Positions 42,244-51,495 of a stretch of DNA of 64,000 nt are shown piece after piece (within the stretch, counting starts at the first letter, position 1; each line of letters opens with the position of its first letter). The DNA lies in the NCBI GenBank assembly GCA_032123335.1, contig JAQBFN010000001.1:1244-65243 (forward strand), read 5' to 3'. The position numbers were made by a program, and so were the translations under genes. The notes under the pieces are model-generated. The model made no database searches, was not told where the DNA came from, and was given only the letters and a program-made list of their open reading frames with translations. This DNA comes from Candidatus Micrarchaeota archaeon (GTDB lineage Archaea; Micrarchaeota; Micrarchaeia; Anstonellales; Bilamarchaeaceae).

Positions 42244-43503
42244 ATGGACCGCAGGCCCCCAGAGAGCGTACGTGAAGTTGCCACCGGAATGAAACAGAGA
42301 AGGCTTAGCGACAGGAATGAGTTTAGGAAAATGATTGGGAGAAACACCCTTGCCCGCGGGCCTGGGTTTTCGCTGGGAAAAGATGTTGGGGGAAAGCCAG
42401 TAAGGCTTCCGGTAAATTATTCTTTTAAGACAAGCTTTCTTGAAAACGGGCTTGTGAGTGTGGAAATCGGAATGGACAAAAGCAGGATGGGAAAGAAAAT
42501 CCTGCAATGGAGCGGGGAAAGGCATGCGCTCGTTACTGATGTTTTCAGTGCAGTACGGATTCCGGTGCATATCCAAGAGAGGCTTGTGAATGCAAGGCAT
42601 GAGAGGGACCAGATACTGGATGAAATTGAGGGGCTCAATGCGTTCCTGAACAAGAAAGGGCACCTGCTTACCCCGCTTGGGTTCAATATGCGCGCAAGGC
42701 TGATGCGGGAAGTGAGGGTGGAATTGGAGGATTCAATTGTTCCATTGAAACGGGAGGCGCTGATGATGCTGGAACGCGCGGAGAAATCCCTTCTTGAAGC
42801 GGGGGTGGAGAGCACGGAATTCGGAAAGAGGAAGCAGGTTTCGATTGCATGCGTGCAGCTTACCGCATTCAGGGACAGGCTGGGCAAGCATCGTGACAAA
42901 GAAGTGGAAGAGATACTCGCATTCAACAGGAACAGGGAAGCGCTTATCCGGGGGGAGAGGGATATGCGCATTGAAAGCCAGCTCAGGAAATGGGTTGCAG
43001 TTTACTCCAATAAGAATAGGTGGGCGATAAGGGGGAAAGACCAGAAGGATTTGAATTATGCAGAAAAGATTGTGGAGATTGCCTCTTCGAATATGAGAAT
43101 CGTGAAAAAGATGGAAGCGATTGCAGAATTGAGGAAGGAAATGGAGGGGAAGAAGTACAAGGTGGCTGGAAAGAGGTTCAATTTATCTTACCTGGATGGG
43201 GCAGGGGAAGCCTATGGGAGCGGAGACGAGAAATCCAAGGAAAGTGCGAGGAAACTGCTCAAAAAGGGTGCGCTTCTGCTTGTGATCGAAAAGCCGCAGT
43301 TTGTCGCAGATGCGCTTGAGAAATGCGAGCCTTACCTGAAGGGAGTTGCGGAAAAGATAAGAGAAGGTGCGGAACACATGGATAATGTTGCGGAATTCCT
43401 TGGGGATTCTAACTTAAGGAACCTTGCAGGGGATGAGCTTGATTCTGCGGTTGGATGCTTCCGTAATGCGCTCCACAAGATGGAACTGGTTAACCGCGCA
43501 TAG
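42244..43503 (+). CDS. hypothetical helical protein
   Basis: The track ORF opens at TTG 42214; ATG 42244 (MDRRPPESV...) is preferred. About 420 aa, K/E/R-rich and helical. No family recognised. Confidence 0.5.
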   Translation: MDRRPPESVREVATGMKQRRLSDRNEFRKMIGRNTLARGPGFSLGKDVGGKPVRLPVNYSFKTSFLENGLVSVEIGMDKSRMGKKILQWSGERHALVTDVFSAVRIPVHIQERLVNARHERDQILDEIEGLNAFLNKKGHLLTPLGFNMRARLMREVRVELEDSIVPLKREALMMLERAEKSLLEAGVESTEFGKRKQVSIACVQLTAFRDRLGKHRDKEVEEILAFNRNREALIRGERDMRIESQLRKWVAVYSNKNRWAIRGKDQKDLNYAEKIVEIASSNMRIVKKMEAIAELRKEMEGKKYKVAGKRFNLSYLDGAGEAYGSGDEKSKESARKLLKKGALLLVIEKPQFVADALEKCEPYLKGVAEKIREGAEHMDNVAEFLGDSNLRNLAGDELDSAVGCFRNALHKMELVNRA

Positions 43504-43510
43504 AAAAAAC

Positions 43511-43520
43511 TATTTTAAAG
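43511..43520 (+). promoter_or_regulatory. candidate TATA box for tRNA-Thr
   Basis: TATTTTAAAG centred about 31 nt upstream of the mature tRNA 5' end. Confidence 0.35.
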
Positions 43521-43546
43521 AGTGCGGGCATAAAGAAAAGAACTGT

Positions 43547-43620
43547 GCCTCCTTAGCTCAGTCTGGTAGAGCGCTCGCCTTGTAAGCGAGAGGCCAGGGT
43601 TTCAAATACCCTAGGGGGCT
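43547..43620 (+). tRNA. tRNA-Thr (anticodon UGU), no intron, CCA not encoded
   Basis: Hand-folded cloverleaf. Acceptor GCCTCCT/AGGGGGC, D arm GCTC-AGTCTGGTA-GAGC, anticodon arm CTCGC-CTTGTAA-GCGAG, variable AGGCC, T arm AGGGT-TTCAAAT-ACCCT, discriminator T. Confidence 0.9.
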
Positions 43621-43723
43621 TTCTAAACGTACGCGGCGCGCGCGTTCGTAAAATGCGGAAAAAAGATTTTCAGACGTAATTCTTTGGGTATTAAAAATAT
43701 TTCCCTAACTTAAAGCTGAAAAC

Positions 43724-45778
43724 ATGGAGTTAATCGTAGCAGAGAAGCCCAAGGTTGCAAACACAATTGCGAGTGCTCTGGGCGGCTCAAGCGTGAAGAG
43801 GAAGATGTATAGTAATATAGGATATTATGAGTGTGAGGTGGATGGCAGGGAAGTAGTTGTTGCCCCTGCAGTAGGCCACCTTTTCAACCTTGCAGAAAGA
43901 AAAAGAACCAAGGAATACCCTGTTTTTGATATTGAATGGAAGCCTTCGTACCTCATTTCAAAGGGGGCCGCATTTACCAAACCATATGTGAATATGCTTA
44001 CTTCTCTCGGGAAGAAGGCGGACCTGTGCACCCTTGCGTGCGACTATGATTTGGAAGGTTCAGTAATTGGATATAATGTTTACAGATTCTGCTATGGGAA
44101 GAAGGAAGGAAGAAGGATGAAGTTTTCATCCCTTGTTCCCTTTGAGCTCAGGGAGGCATATGAGAATGCGTCTCCGGAAGTTGATTTCAACAATGCATCT
44201 GCAGGGGAAACCAGGCATATGCTGGATTGGTTTTATGGGATTAATTTGAGCAGGGCGCTTATGAACTCGCTCAGGAAAGCAGGGGGGTTCCGCACTATGA
44301 GCATCGGGCGTGTGCAGGGGCCTGCGCTGAATATTCTTTCCATTCGCGAAAAATCCATACAGGACTTTGTGTCCGAGGATTACTGGGAAGTGGCAATCTG
44401 GCTGAAGGGAATTGAATTCCTGCATGAGGAAGAAAGGTTCATGGTTGAGGATGCGGCAAAGAAAGCGCATTCTGCAATCAAGAAGAACGCGGAAATTGAC
44501 AGTGTGGAGAAAAAGGAGCGGAAAATCTGGCCTTACCCTCCGTTTGATTTAACTTCTTTGCAGCTGGAGGCGCACCGGGCATTCGGGATTTCACCTTCGC
44601 AGACGCTTTCGATTGCACAGTCGCTTTATGAAGATTCATTGATTTCGTATCCAAGAACTTCTTCTCAGAAACTAGATCCTAAACTGGGGCTGAAGAAGAT
44701 TATTGATAAGCTTTCCCAGATTCCGGAGTACAAAGAACGCGCAGAGAAGCTGAAGAAGAATGAGTGGTTCAGGCCTTTCCAGGGAAGGAAAGAGGACCCT
44801 GCGCACCCCGCAATACACCCTACTGGATTGTACAAGAAGCTGGATGGGGCGGAAAAGAAGCTTTACGACATGATTGCAAGCAGGTTCCTATCTGTGTTTG
44901 CGCCCCCTGCGGAAGCAGAGAGCACCAAGGTGATTGCAGACAGCGGGGGGGAGAAGTTCAGGGCTTCCGGGGAAGTAATCACTGCGAGAAACTGGATTGA
45001 CTTTTACCCATATTATAAGAGCAGGGAAAACCTGCTGCCTCCATTTGAAAAAGGAGCAACGGAAGACGTGGAAAAGAAGAGCAAGACAAAGAAGAAAACC
45101 AAGCCCCCGAACCGGTACACCCCTGCAAGCATAATTTCTGAGCTTGATAAACATAAATTGGGCACCAAGGCTACGCGCTCCACAATTATTGATACGCTTT
45201 TCAAGAGGGACTATGTTTCCGGGAAGAGCATCACTGTAACCAAATTCGGGATGGATGTGTGGAAGGTGCTTGAGGAGTATTCCCCCAAGATAATGGATTC
45301 GGGGCTTACAAGGAAAATTGAGGACGATATGGAAAAAATCGTTGAGGGCAAGCTTACGCAGGAAGAAGTAGTAGAAGACGGGAAGAAAGTGCTTATCGAG
45401 ATACTTGATGATTTCAAGAAGAATGAGGCAAGCATTGGGAAGAGCCTCCTTAAGGCAATGAGGGAAACTGAGGAGGAAGAAAATAATTTAGGGGTTTGCC
45501 CGGAGTGCAAGGGGAGGCTCAGGATAATCCGCTTAAAGGGAGGACGGCAGTTTGTGGGGTGCTCAGGCTACCCGGACTGCAGGAAAGCATACCCGCTTCC
45601 CACTGGAGCATATATTACTGTAACCAAGAAGGACTGCAAGGAGTGCGGAACCCGCATTGTGAAAGTGAGGAGGGGAAAGAGCATATTCGAGATGTGTTTG
45701 GATACCACCTGCAAAACAAAGGCGAACTGGGGCAAACCGAAGAATACCGAAAAAGAAAAGGACGAAGGCAAAAAATAA
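43724..45778 (+). CDS. topA: DNA topoisomerase, type IA
   Basis: Toprim start MELIVAEKPKVA, acidic CDYDLEGS, active-site Tyr segment LISYPRTSSQ, and C-terminal Cys4 zinc ribbons (CPECKG...CSGYPDC; CKECG...C..TC). Confidence 0.9.
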   Translation: MELIVAEKPKVANTIASALGGSSVKRKMYSNIGYYECEVDGREVVVAPAVGHLFNLAERKRTKEYPVFDIEWKPSYLISKGAAFTKPYVNMLTSLGKKADLCTLACDYDLEGSVIGYNVYRFCYGKKEGRRMKFSSLVPFELREAYENASPEVDFNNASAGETRHMLDWFYGINLSRALMNSLRKAGGFRTMSIGRVQGPALNILSIREKSIQDFVSEDYWEVAIWLKGIEFLHEEERFMVEDAAKKAHSAIKKNAEIDSVEKKERKIWPYPPFDLTSLQLEAHRAFGISPSQTLSIAQSLYEDSLISYPRTSSQKLDPKLGLKKIIDKLSQIPEYKERAEKLKKNEWFRPFQGRKEDPAHPAIHPTGLYKKLDGAEKKLYDMIASRFLSVFAPPAEAESTKVIADSGGEKFRASGEVITARNWIDFYPYYKSRENLLPPFEKGATEDVEKKSKTKKKTKPPNRYTPASIISELDKHKLGTKATRSTIIDTLFKRDYVSGKSITVTKFGMDVWKVLEEYSPKIMDSGLTRKIEDDMEKIVEGKLTQEEVVEDGKKVLIEILDDFKKNEASIGKSLLKAMRETEEEENNLGVCPECKGRLRIIRLKGGRQFVGCSGYPDCRKAYPLPTGAYITVTKKDCKECGTRIVKVRRGKSIFEMCLDTTCKTKANWGKPKNTEKEKDEGKK

Positions 45779-45878
45779 TAAGGTGTTCTGCGGTTTGATG
45801 GCAAAAAGAAGGCAGAGAAGAAAGAAGAGAAGAAATAAATATTCTGGCACTCCATAATGGGTTTGTGGAGGAATTCTA

Positions 45879-47078
45879 ATGAAATATTTTCACGAGCTCC
45901 AACTTAAAGGAAAACGAGTTGTAAAAAGAGTAGACATAAACTCCCCTGTAAATGAAGAAGGGGCAATCACCATAAACCCCAGGCTGGAAAGGCACGGGGA
46001 AAGCATAGCAATGCTCAGTGATACGGGCGCAAAGGTGATTGTGCTTGCGCATCAGGGCAGGAAAGGGAAACCTGATTTTATTAGTTTGAAGGAGCATGCG
46101 CTGCTTCTTGAGGTGATTACGAAGAAGAAGGTGGAATTCCTGGAGAGCATGGAGCCGGAAAAAGTAAAGGAAGCAATAGACAGGATGCAGGATGGAGATA
46201 TCCTGCTGCTTGAGAATGTGCGGATGTGGGAGGGGGAAGAGGATGATGACAGCGAGAGCAAATTAGTCAAGGTTCTTGGCCCGCTTACGGATATGTTTGT
46301 GCTGGATGCGCTTAGCGTTTCGCACAGGGGGCAGGCATCCGTGGTTGGGCTTACCGAGCATGCGGAAAGTGTTGCCGGACCTGTTTTGAGGGATGAAATT
46401 AATGCGCTGCGGAATATTGGGGAGGGCGAGCTTACTTTAGTTCTTGGAGGGGGGAAAGCAAAAGATTCAATTGAGATTATGGAGAACTGGCTGGAGAAGG
46501 GGAAGGCGAAAAAGGTTCTTCTTGGGGGAGCGCTTTCTGTACTATTTCTGCATGCTGCGGGAAAAAATGTTGGGAGCTCAAAAACATACCTCAAAGAGGG
46601 GGGCTTGCTTGAGTTTGAGGGAAAGGCAAGGGAACTTATCTCCAAATATTCTGAGAAGATCCTGATTCCTGAGGATATGGGTGTGGAGATTGGAGGGGAA
46701 CGGAAGGATATGAGTGTGGATGAGGTAACTGAGGGGAACCTTCTGGATATTGGGCCGAAAACCGCGGAAAGGTATGCAAAGGAGATACTCGAATCAACCA
46801 GGATTGTGATTAATGGGCCCATGGGAGTGTATGAGAAAAAAGGGTTTGAGATGGGGACCAGGAAGGTGCTTGAAGCGATTGCGGAAAGTGAAGCGTATTC
46901 GCTTGTGGGGGGAGGGCACACGATTACTGCGATTAAACAGCTTGGGCTCCCAGAGGAGAAATTCAGCTATATTAGCTTATCCGGGAAGGCGCTTATCCAG
47001 TATTTGAGCGGGAAGGAATTGCCTGCGATTCTTGCATTAAGGAAGAATTGGGAGAAATTCAGAAGCAGGGACCTTTAG
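45879..47078 (+). CDS. pgk: phosphoglycerate kinase
   Basis: 399 aa. KRVDINSPV, VLAHQGRKGKPDF and LVGGGHT pattern of archaeal PGK. Confidence 0.9.
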   Translation: MKYFHELQLKGKRVVKRVDINSPVNEEGAITINPRLERHGESIAMLSDTGAKVIVLAHQGRKGKPDFISLKEHALLLEVITKKKVEFLESMEPEKVKEAIDRMQDGDILLLENVRMWEGEEDDDSESKLVKVLGPLTDMFVLDALSVSHRGQASVVGLTEHAESVAGPVLRDEINALRNIGEGELTLVLGGGKAKDSIEIMENWLEKGKAKKVLLGGALSVLFLHAAGKNVGSSKTYLKEGGLLEFEGKARELISKYSEKILIPEDMGVEIGGERKDMSVDEVTEGNLLDIGPKTAERYAKEILESTRIVINGPMGVYEKKGFEMGTRKVLEAIAESEAYSLVGGGHTITAIKQLGLPEEKFSYISLSGKALIQYLSGKELPAILALRKNWEKFRSRDL

Positions 47079-47114
47079 AGAACGCTTTAAAAATTTAGGG
47101 AAGAAGCGCTTCCT

Positions 47115-48575
47115 ATGGCAGAGAAGAAGATTTCTACAAAACATAAATTAGGAGTATTTATTTTAGCCATGTTGACGTTTTCAGTTATTGCAAGCCTTAG
47201 GGGACTGCCTTCGATGGCGGAGTACGGCTTTTCATCCACGTTTTATTACCTGCTGATTGCAATTGTGTTCTTTATTCCTGTGTCGCTTATTTCTGCGGAG
47301 CTGGCGACGGGGTGGCCAAAAAAAGGGGGAGTTTACCTATGGGTAACGGAGGCTTTTGGGCAACGGTGGGGATTCTTTGCGATATGGCTGCAATGGATAC
47401 AGAATGTTGTTTGGTACCCTACTGTTCTTGCGTTTGCTGCAGGGGCGCTTGCGTTTGTGTTTAATCCTGCTCTTGCGACAAATCCGCTATTTATGGTTGG
47501 AGTAATTCTTGTTGTGTATTGGGGGGCTACCCTTGCGGCTTTCAGGGGAATGAAAGTTTCCGGGATAATTACAACCGTTGGGACTTTAGCCGGAACGATT
47601 CTTCCTGGACTCGTGATTATTCTGCTGGGGGCACTTTGGGTGTTTTCCGGGCAGCAAAGCCAGATTGAGTTTACATGGGAGAGTTTTATCCCGGATATGA
47701 CGCAGCTAAGTAATGTTGTGTTTGCTGCGAGCATACTCCTGTTCTTTGCGGGGATGGAAGTTTCTGCTGTGCACGCGAGGGAAGTTAAGAACCCGCAAAG
47801 GGATTACCCAAGGGCGATTCTTGTTGCGGTTGTGCTTACGCTGTTTATCTTTATCCTGGGAACGCTTGCGATTGCAGTGGTTGTCCCCCAGGGGGAAATC
47901 AGCCTGGTTGCAGGGATTATGCAGGCATTCACGCAGTTCTTTGATGCATATTCAATTGGGTGGATGATTCCGATAATTGGAATCCTGATTGTATTCGGAG
48001 TAATAGGGCAGGTGAGTGCATGGATTGTGGGTCCGAGCAAAGGATTGCTTGCAACTGCGACTGAGGGAACCCTGCCTCCATTCTTCCAGAAAACGAATGA
48101 GAATGGAGTTGCAACGCATGTGATGATTGTGCAGGGGCTTATTGTTTCTGCGCTTGCTTTGATTTTCGTAGTGATGCCGGATGTTTCCAGTTCCTTCTGG
48201 ATTCTCACCGCGCTCACTGCGCAACTCTACCTGATTATGTATGTGTTCCTGTTTGCTACCGCAATAAAGCTGAGGTATTCGCAGCCAAAGGTGGAACGCC
48301 CGTATAAGCTTCCCGGGGGGAATTTGGGGATGTGGGGCGTTGCAGGGATTGGGGCGCTTGCGTGCCTCGCTGGAATCGCGCTTGGATTTGTCCCTCCTAC
48401 ACAACTTGAGATAGGGAGTGGGCTTTTCTATGATGGATTCCTGGTAACAGGAATTATTGTATTGGGCGGAACGCCGCTCCTGATTTACCAGATCCGGAAG
48501 CCGGACTGGATGCCAAAAGCTGCAAAAAAACCAGTGCCAATACCAAAAAAGAAAAAGAAGAAAACGGTGAAATAG
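47115..48575 (+). CDS. gadC: APC-family amino acid antiporter, GadC-like (glutamate:GABA antiporter)
   Basis: 486 aa, about 12 TMs. The N-terminal third aligns by eye to E. coli GadC (..FIPVSLISAELATGWPKKGGVYLWVTEAFGQRWGFFAIW..). Immediately upstream of gadB. Confidence 0.75.
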   Translation: MAEKKISTKHKLGVFILAMLTFSVIASLRGLPSMAEYGFSSTFYYLLIAIVFFIPVSLISAELATGWPKKGGVYLWVTEAFGQRWGFFAIWLQWIQNVVWYPTVLAFAAGALAFVFNPALATNPLFMVGVILVVYWGATLAAFRGMKVSGIITTVGTLAGTILPGLVIILLGALWVFSGQQSQIEFTWESFIPDMTQLSNVVFAASILLFFAGMEVSAVHAREVKNPQRDYPRAILVAVVLTLFIFILGTLAIAVVVPQGEISLVAGIMQAFTQFFDAYSIGWMIPIIGILIVFGVIGQVSAWIVGPSKGLLATATEGTLPPFFQKTNENGVATHVMIVQGLIVSALALIFVVMPDVSSSFWILTALTAQLYLIMYVFLFATAIKLRYSQPKVERPYKLPGGNLGMWGVAGIGALACLAGIALGFVPPTQLEIGSGLFYDGFLVTGIIVLGGTPLLIYQIRKPDWMPKAAKKPVPIPKKKKKKTVK

Positions 48576-49976
48576 ATGGTATCTTTGAAGATAGACTTGA
48601 GAAAATTGGGAATTAGCAAAGGGCATGCGAGCACTTATTCGGACAGGTTTTTTGCAGAAGAGATTCCGAAATATGTGATGCCTAATAAAGGAATGCCTGC
48701 GGATGCGGCCTATCAGCTGATTCATGATGAGCTTAACCTGGATGGAAACCCTTCGCTTAACCTGGCAAGCTTTGTGACCACCTGGATGGAGCCTGAAGCA
48801 GACAGATTGATCAAGGAAAGCGCGAACAAGAACTTCATTGACCATGATGAGTATCCGCAGACTGAGGAGATTCACCAGCGTGTTGTGAATATGCTGGGGA
48901 GATTGTTTAATGCACCTGAGCAGAAAACATTCCTGGGAACTGCTACCATTGGGTCTTCAGAAGCGATTATGCTTGGGTTGCTTGCACACAAATTCAGGTG
49001 GAGGGACAGAAGGAAGAAGCAGAAGAAGCCATACGATAAGCCGAATATCGTAATGGGTGCGGATGTTCATACTGTTTGGGACAAGTTTGCGCGCTACTTT
49101 GATGTGGAGCCTCGGATTGTGCCTTTGAAGCCTGGAAAGTATACAATTGGCCCTAAAGATGTGGAGAAGCTTATTGATGAGAATACGATTTGTGTTGGGG
49201 CCATACTTGGGACTACGTTTACGGGGCAGGCGGATGATATTGAGGGAATAAACACGCTTTTGCTCAAGATAAAAAAGCAGAAAGGATGGGACATTCCCAT
49301 ACATGTGGATGGCGCGAGCGGTGCATTCATTGCTCCTTTTGTGCACAAGAATCTCAAATGGGATTTCAGGCTGGAACAGGTTAAAACCATCAATGCATCC
49401 GGGCACAAATTTGGATTGGTTTATCCTGGGCTTGGATGGCTCCTGTTCCGGGACAAGGAAGATTTGCCTGATGATATTGTGTTCAAGGTGAATTACCTTG
49501 GAGGGGAAATGCCCACGTATACTCTGAACTTTTCGCGCGGGGGTTCCATGGTTATTGCTCAGTACTACAACCTGATTAGGCTGGGCAAGATTGGGTATTC
49601 ACGCATCATGAACAACCTGATGGATACTTCCAAGTACCTTGCAGGGAAAGTGAAGAAGTGCGGGAGGTTCAAGATGGAGAGCGAAGCGAAACTTATGCCG
49701 CTTATTACTTTCCAGCTTAAGGGGAAGCCCGGGTTTACTGAATACGATCTTTCGGATAAGCTAAGGGAGCACGGTTGGATTGTGCCTGCTTATTCCATGC
49801 CCCCAAATGCGGAATCTGTTGTGGTTTTGCGCGTGGTGATGAAGGAGAACTTCAGCAGGGACATGGCAGATATGTTCTTCAGGGACCTGATGGAATCGTA
49901 CGATAAGCTTTCTGAGAAAACAAAGAAAGTAAGGAAGCTGGAGAGGAAGAGCACGCGCGTGCAGGGAATCTGCTGA
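48576..49976 (+). CDS. gadB: glutamate decarboxylase (PLP-dependent, GadA/GadB type)
   Basis: 466 aa. [47 protein letters not shown], and PLP-Lys motif [14 protein letters not shown]. The ATG follows the gadC stop directly. Confidence 0.9.
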   Translation: MVSLKIDLRKLGISKGHASTYSDRFFAEEIPKYVMPNKGMPADAAYQLIHDELNLDGNPSLNLASFVTTWMEPEADRLIKESANKNFIDHDEYPQTEEIHQRVVNMLGRLFNAPEQKTFLGTATIGSSEAIMLGLLAHKFRWRDRRKKQKKPYDKPNIVMGADVHTVWDKFARYFDVEPRIVPLKPGKYTIGPKDVEKLIDENTICVGAILGTTFTGQADDIEGINTLLLKIKKQKGWDIPIHVDGASGAFIAPFVHKNLKWDFRLEQVKTINASGHKFGLVYPGLGWLLFRDKEDLPDDIVFKVNYLGGEMPTYTLNFSRGGSMVIAQYYNLIRLGKIGYSRIMNNLMDTSKYLAGKVKKCGRFKMESEAKLMPLITFQLKGKPGFTEYDLSDKLREHGWIVPAYSMPPNAESVVVLRVVMKENFSRDMADMFFRDLMESYDKLSEKTKKVRKLERKSTRVQGIC

Positions 49977-50016
49977 TTCCCTTTTATTTTCTTCTTTCCA
50001 TATTCAATTGGATGAT

Positions 50017-50154
50017 GAACTCGAAAGATTGCTGAGGCTCTGCCTGTGATGAATATCTTGAGTTCTGACTAATAGGGGGGATTATTGCTGGGAAGAACTC
50101 GAGAGAAGTGAACGAAGTTCACTAAGATCTTGAGTTCTGACTAATAGGGGGGAT
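50017..50154. repeat. two tandem ~72-nt units, each a long imperfect hairpin plus a conserved ~28-nt tail, in a convergent intergenic region
   Basis: Unit = GAACTCGA(A/G)AGA-[variable core]-A(T/G)ATCTTGAGTTC-TGACTAATAGGGGGGAT. The tail ATCTTGAGTTCTGACTAATAG(n)AT occurs at about 50054-50082 and at 50127-50154. The unit-2 core is the 26-nt motif copy at 50103-50128. Confidence 0.7.
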
Positions 50155-50169
50155 GAGAAACTGGAGCAC

Positions 50170-51087
50170 TCACTCTACTTTAAAAGCAAAATCAAACCCT
50201 TTGTATTCCCATTCCCCATAACCTGCAAGATCTATCATCTGGGTATCGTAAACCTCACCGAATTTGTTTCCTTCCGCGCGGTACCATTCAATCCCTGCGC
50301 TTGAGGGGGATTCGTAGCTTAACTTAATCCAATAGGTGTCGTTCTGGAGCTCGGTTTTGTTAAATTCTATCCACTGCCAGGAGGGTTCCTGGGTTATTCG
50401 GGTTGCATCGATTTCCCCACGCAGAATTTCTTCACCTACTCCTATGTTGCCCCAATTGTTGGGTTTTTCATGGAGGGAAACGATTAGCTTGGAAGATGGG
50501 GGGGAAGGAACGCGGGCCTGCACATAAACCCCAATCCTGCTTATGTTAAGGGGCTTTTCAAGGGCGAAGGCCTGGGCCTGCCAGACCTGCATCCCCACCG
50601 CATCATAGAACCAGGTTACTTTCCAATTGTATAAATCATAATAGCCAAGTGCATAAGCGTTGATGTCTTTGCGCATCACATTGTTTCCTAAATTTTCTTC
50701 GGGCTCAGGGTGCTCGGAATCAAGGCTCTGGAGTTCTACGCGCATGTTGTGCGGCTCAGTGGAATCCGCATAGTATTCAAATTCAAAATGCTGTAGGAGT
50801 TCCGGGTCCGTGATGTTTTCGTGCATTAGAGTTTTGTTTCCATCCAGAACCCAGATTGTGTATCCTGAGGGCTGGTAGCGCCCATACATCTGGATTATTG
50901 CGCGCACTTTATACTCTTCGGTGAGGCGCGGGTAATCTGGGGCAGAATCAATGTCTTTTACGAATAAATCATAGGAATAATCTGGAGGCTCTTCTTCCTC
51001 AGCTGGCTCGATGCCCAGGATGGGGTCGGTTATTGCTGTGCATCCTGCAAGCAGCAATAGCACTAGCAATGGGAACAATCGCCTCAT
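50170..51087 (-). CDS. secreted/lipobox protein, unknown function
   Basis: MRRLFPLLVLLLLAGC (internal Met of the track ORF 50170..51132), then a roughly 290-aa W/Y-rich beta-type domain. Confidence 0.55.
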   Translation of the reverse strand: MRRLFPLLVLLLLAGCTAITDPILGIEPAEEEEPPDYSYDLFVKDIDSAPDYPRLTEEYKVRAIIQMYGRYQPSGYTIWVLDGNKTLMHENITDPELLQHFEFEYYADSTEPHNMRVELQSLDSEHPEPEENLGNNVMRKDINAYALGYYDLYNWKVTWFYDAVGMQVWQAQAFALEKPLNISRIGVYVQARVPSPPSSKLIVSLHEKPNNWGNIGVGEEILRGEIDATRITQEPSWQWIEFNKTELQNDTYWIKLSYESPSSAGIEWYRAEGNKFGEVYDTQMIDLAGYGEWEYKGFDFAFKVE

Positions 51088-51121
51088 GGAAGGTACTTTC
51101 CCTGGAAAAGTTAAAGAACCG

Positions 51122-51445
51122 TTATTCTTCATGGAGGTGGATTTCCTTGCTTAGGGAATAGTTGAGCACGGTACGGATAACCACGATGAGCGCAATGAGG
51201 ATTATTTCGTCCATTGTAGGCATTGCAACCAGCTTGAGCAGGTCTGCTGCAACGAAGAAGTCCAAAGCGAGGATTAGCTTCTGCACATAAGTTCTTTTTA
51301 CATTCTCATAGGGGTGGAACTTCTTCTTGGACTTGAACTCTATCTTGAGGATTTTTGTAAATGCCTGGAGGCTCCCATAGATAACTATGAGTGCGCCCAT
51401 GATGTTCAGGATAAATGTAATGTAATCTACTGCAAGCTCAAGCAT
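51122..51445 (-). CDS. DUF1622 family small membrane protein
   Basis: 107 aa, 3 TMs. IMGALIVIYGSLQAF...LILALDFFVAADLL pattern. Confidence 0.65.
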   Translation of the reverse strand: MLELAVDYITFILNIMGALIVIYGSLQAFTKILKIEFKSKKKFHPYENVKRTYVQKLILALDFFVAADLLKLVAMPTMDEIILIALIVVIRTVLNYSLSKEIHLHEE

Positions 51446-51495
51446 AAAGGAAAATAGAAAAGGGAATTAAAAAAGGTATGGGAAGGGGCTCAGAT

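Noticed and set aside
31781-43620. Integrated mobile element or genomic island targeted to tRNA-Thr
   Set aside because: I recognised no integrase, transposase or other mobility gene. I also found no direct repeat of the tRNA 3' end when scanning the intergenic regions by eye. The accessory character stands, but a mobile origin is unsupported.
46052-46921. 289-aa minus-strand ORF opposite pgk; likewise 47952..48875 opposite gadC/gadB, 10509..11183 opposite nth, 25018..25470 opposite thpR, 16522..17034
   Set aside because: Each lies inside a confidently identified gene on the other strand and has Ser/Pro/Arg-rich junk composition.
50054-50154. Possible mini-CRISPR array (two ~28-nt direct repeats with a ~44-nt spacer)
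   Set aside because: There are only two repeats and no cas genes or leader in the window. The 'spacer' shares the GAACTCGA..AGA segment with the sequence upstream of repeat 1, so the unit is a ~72-nt tandem duplication and not repeat-spacer architecture.
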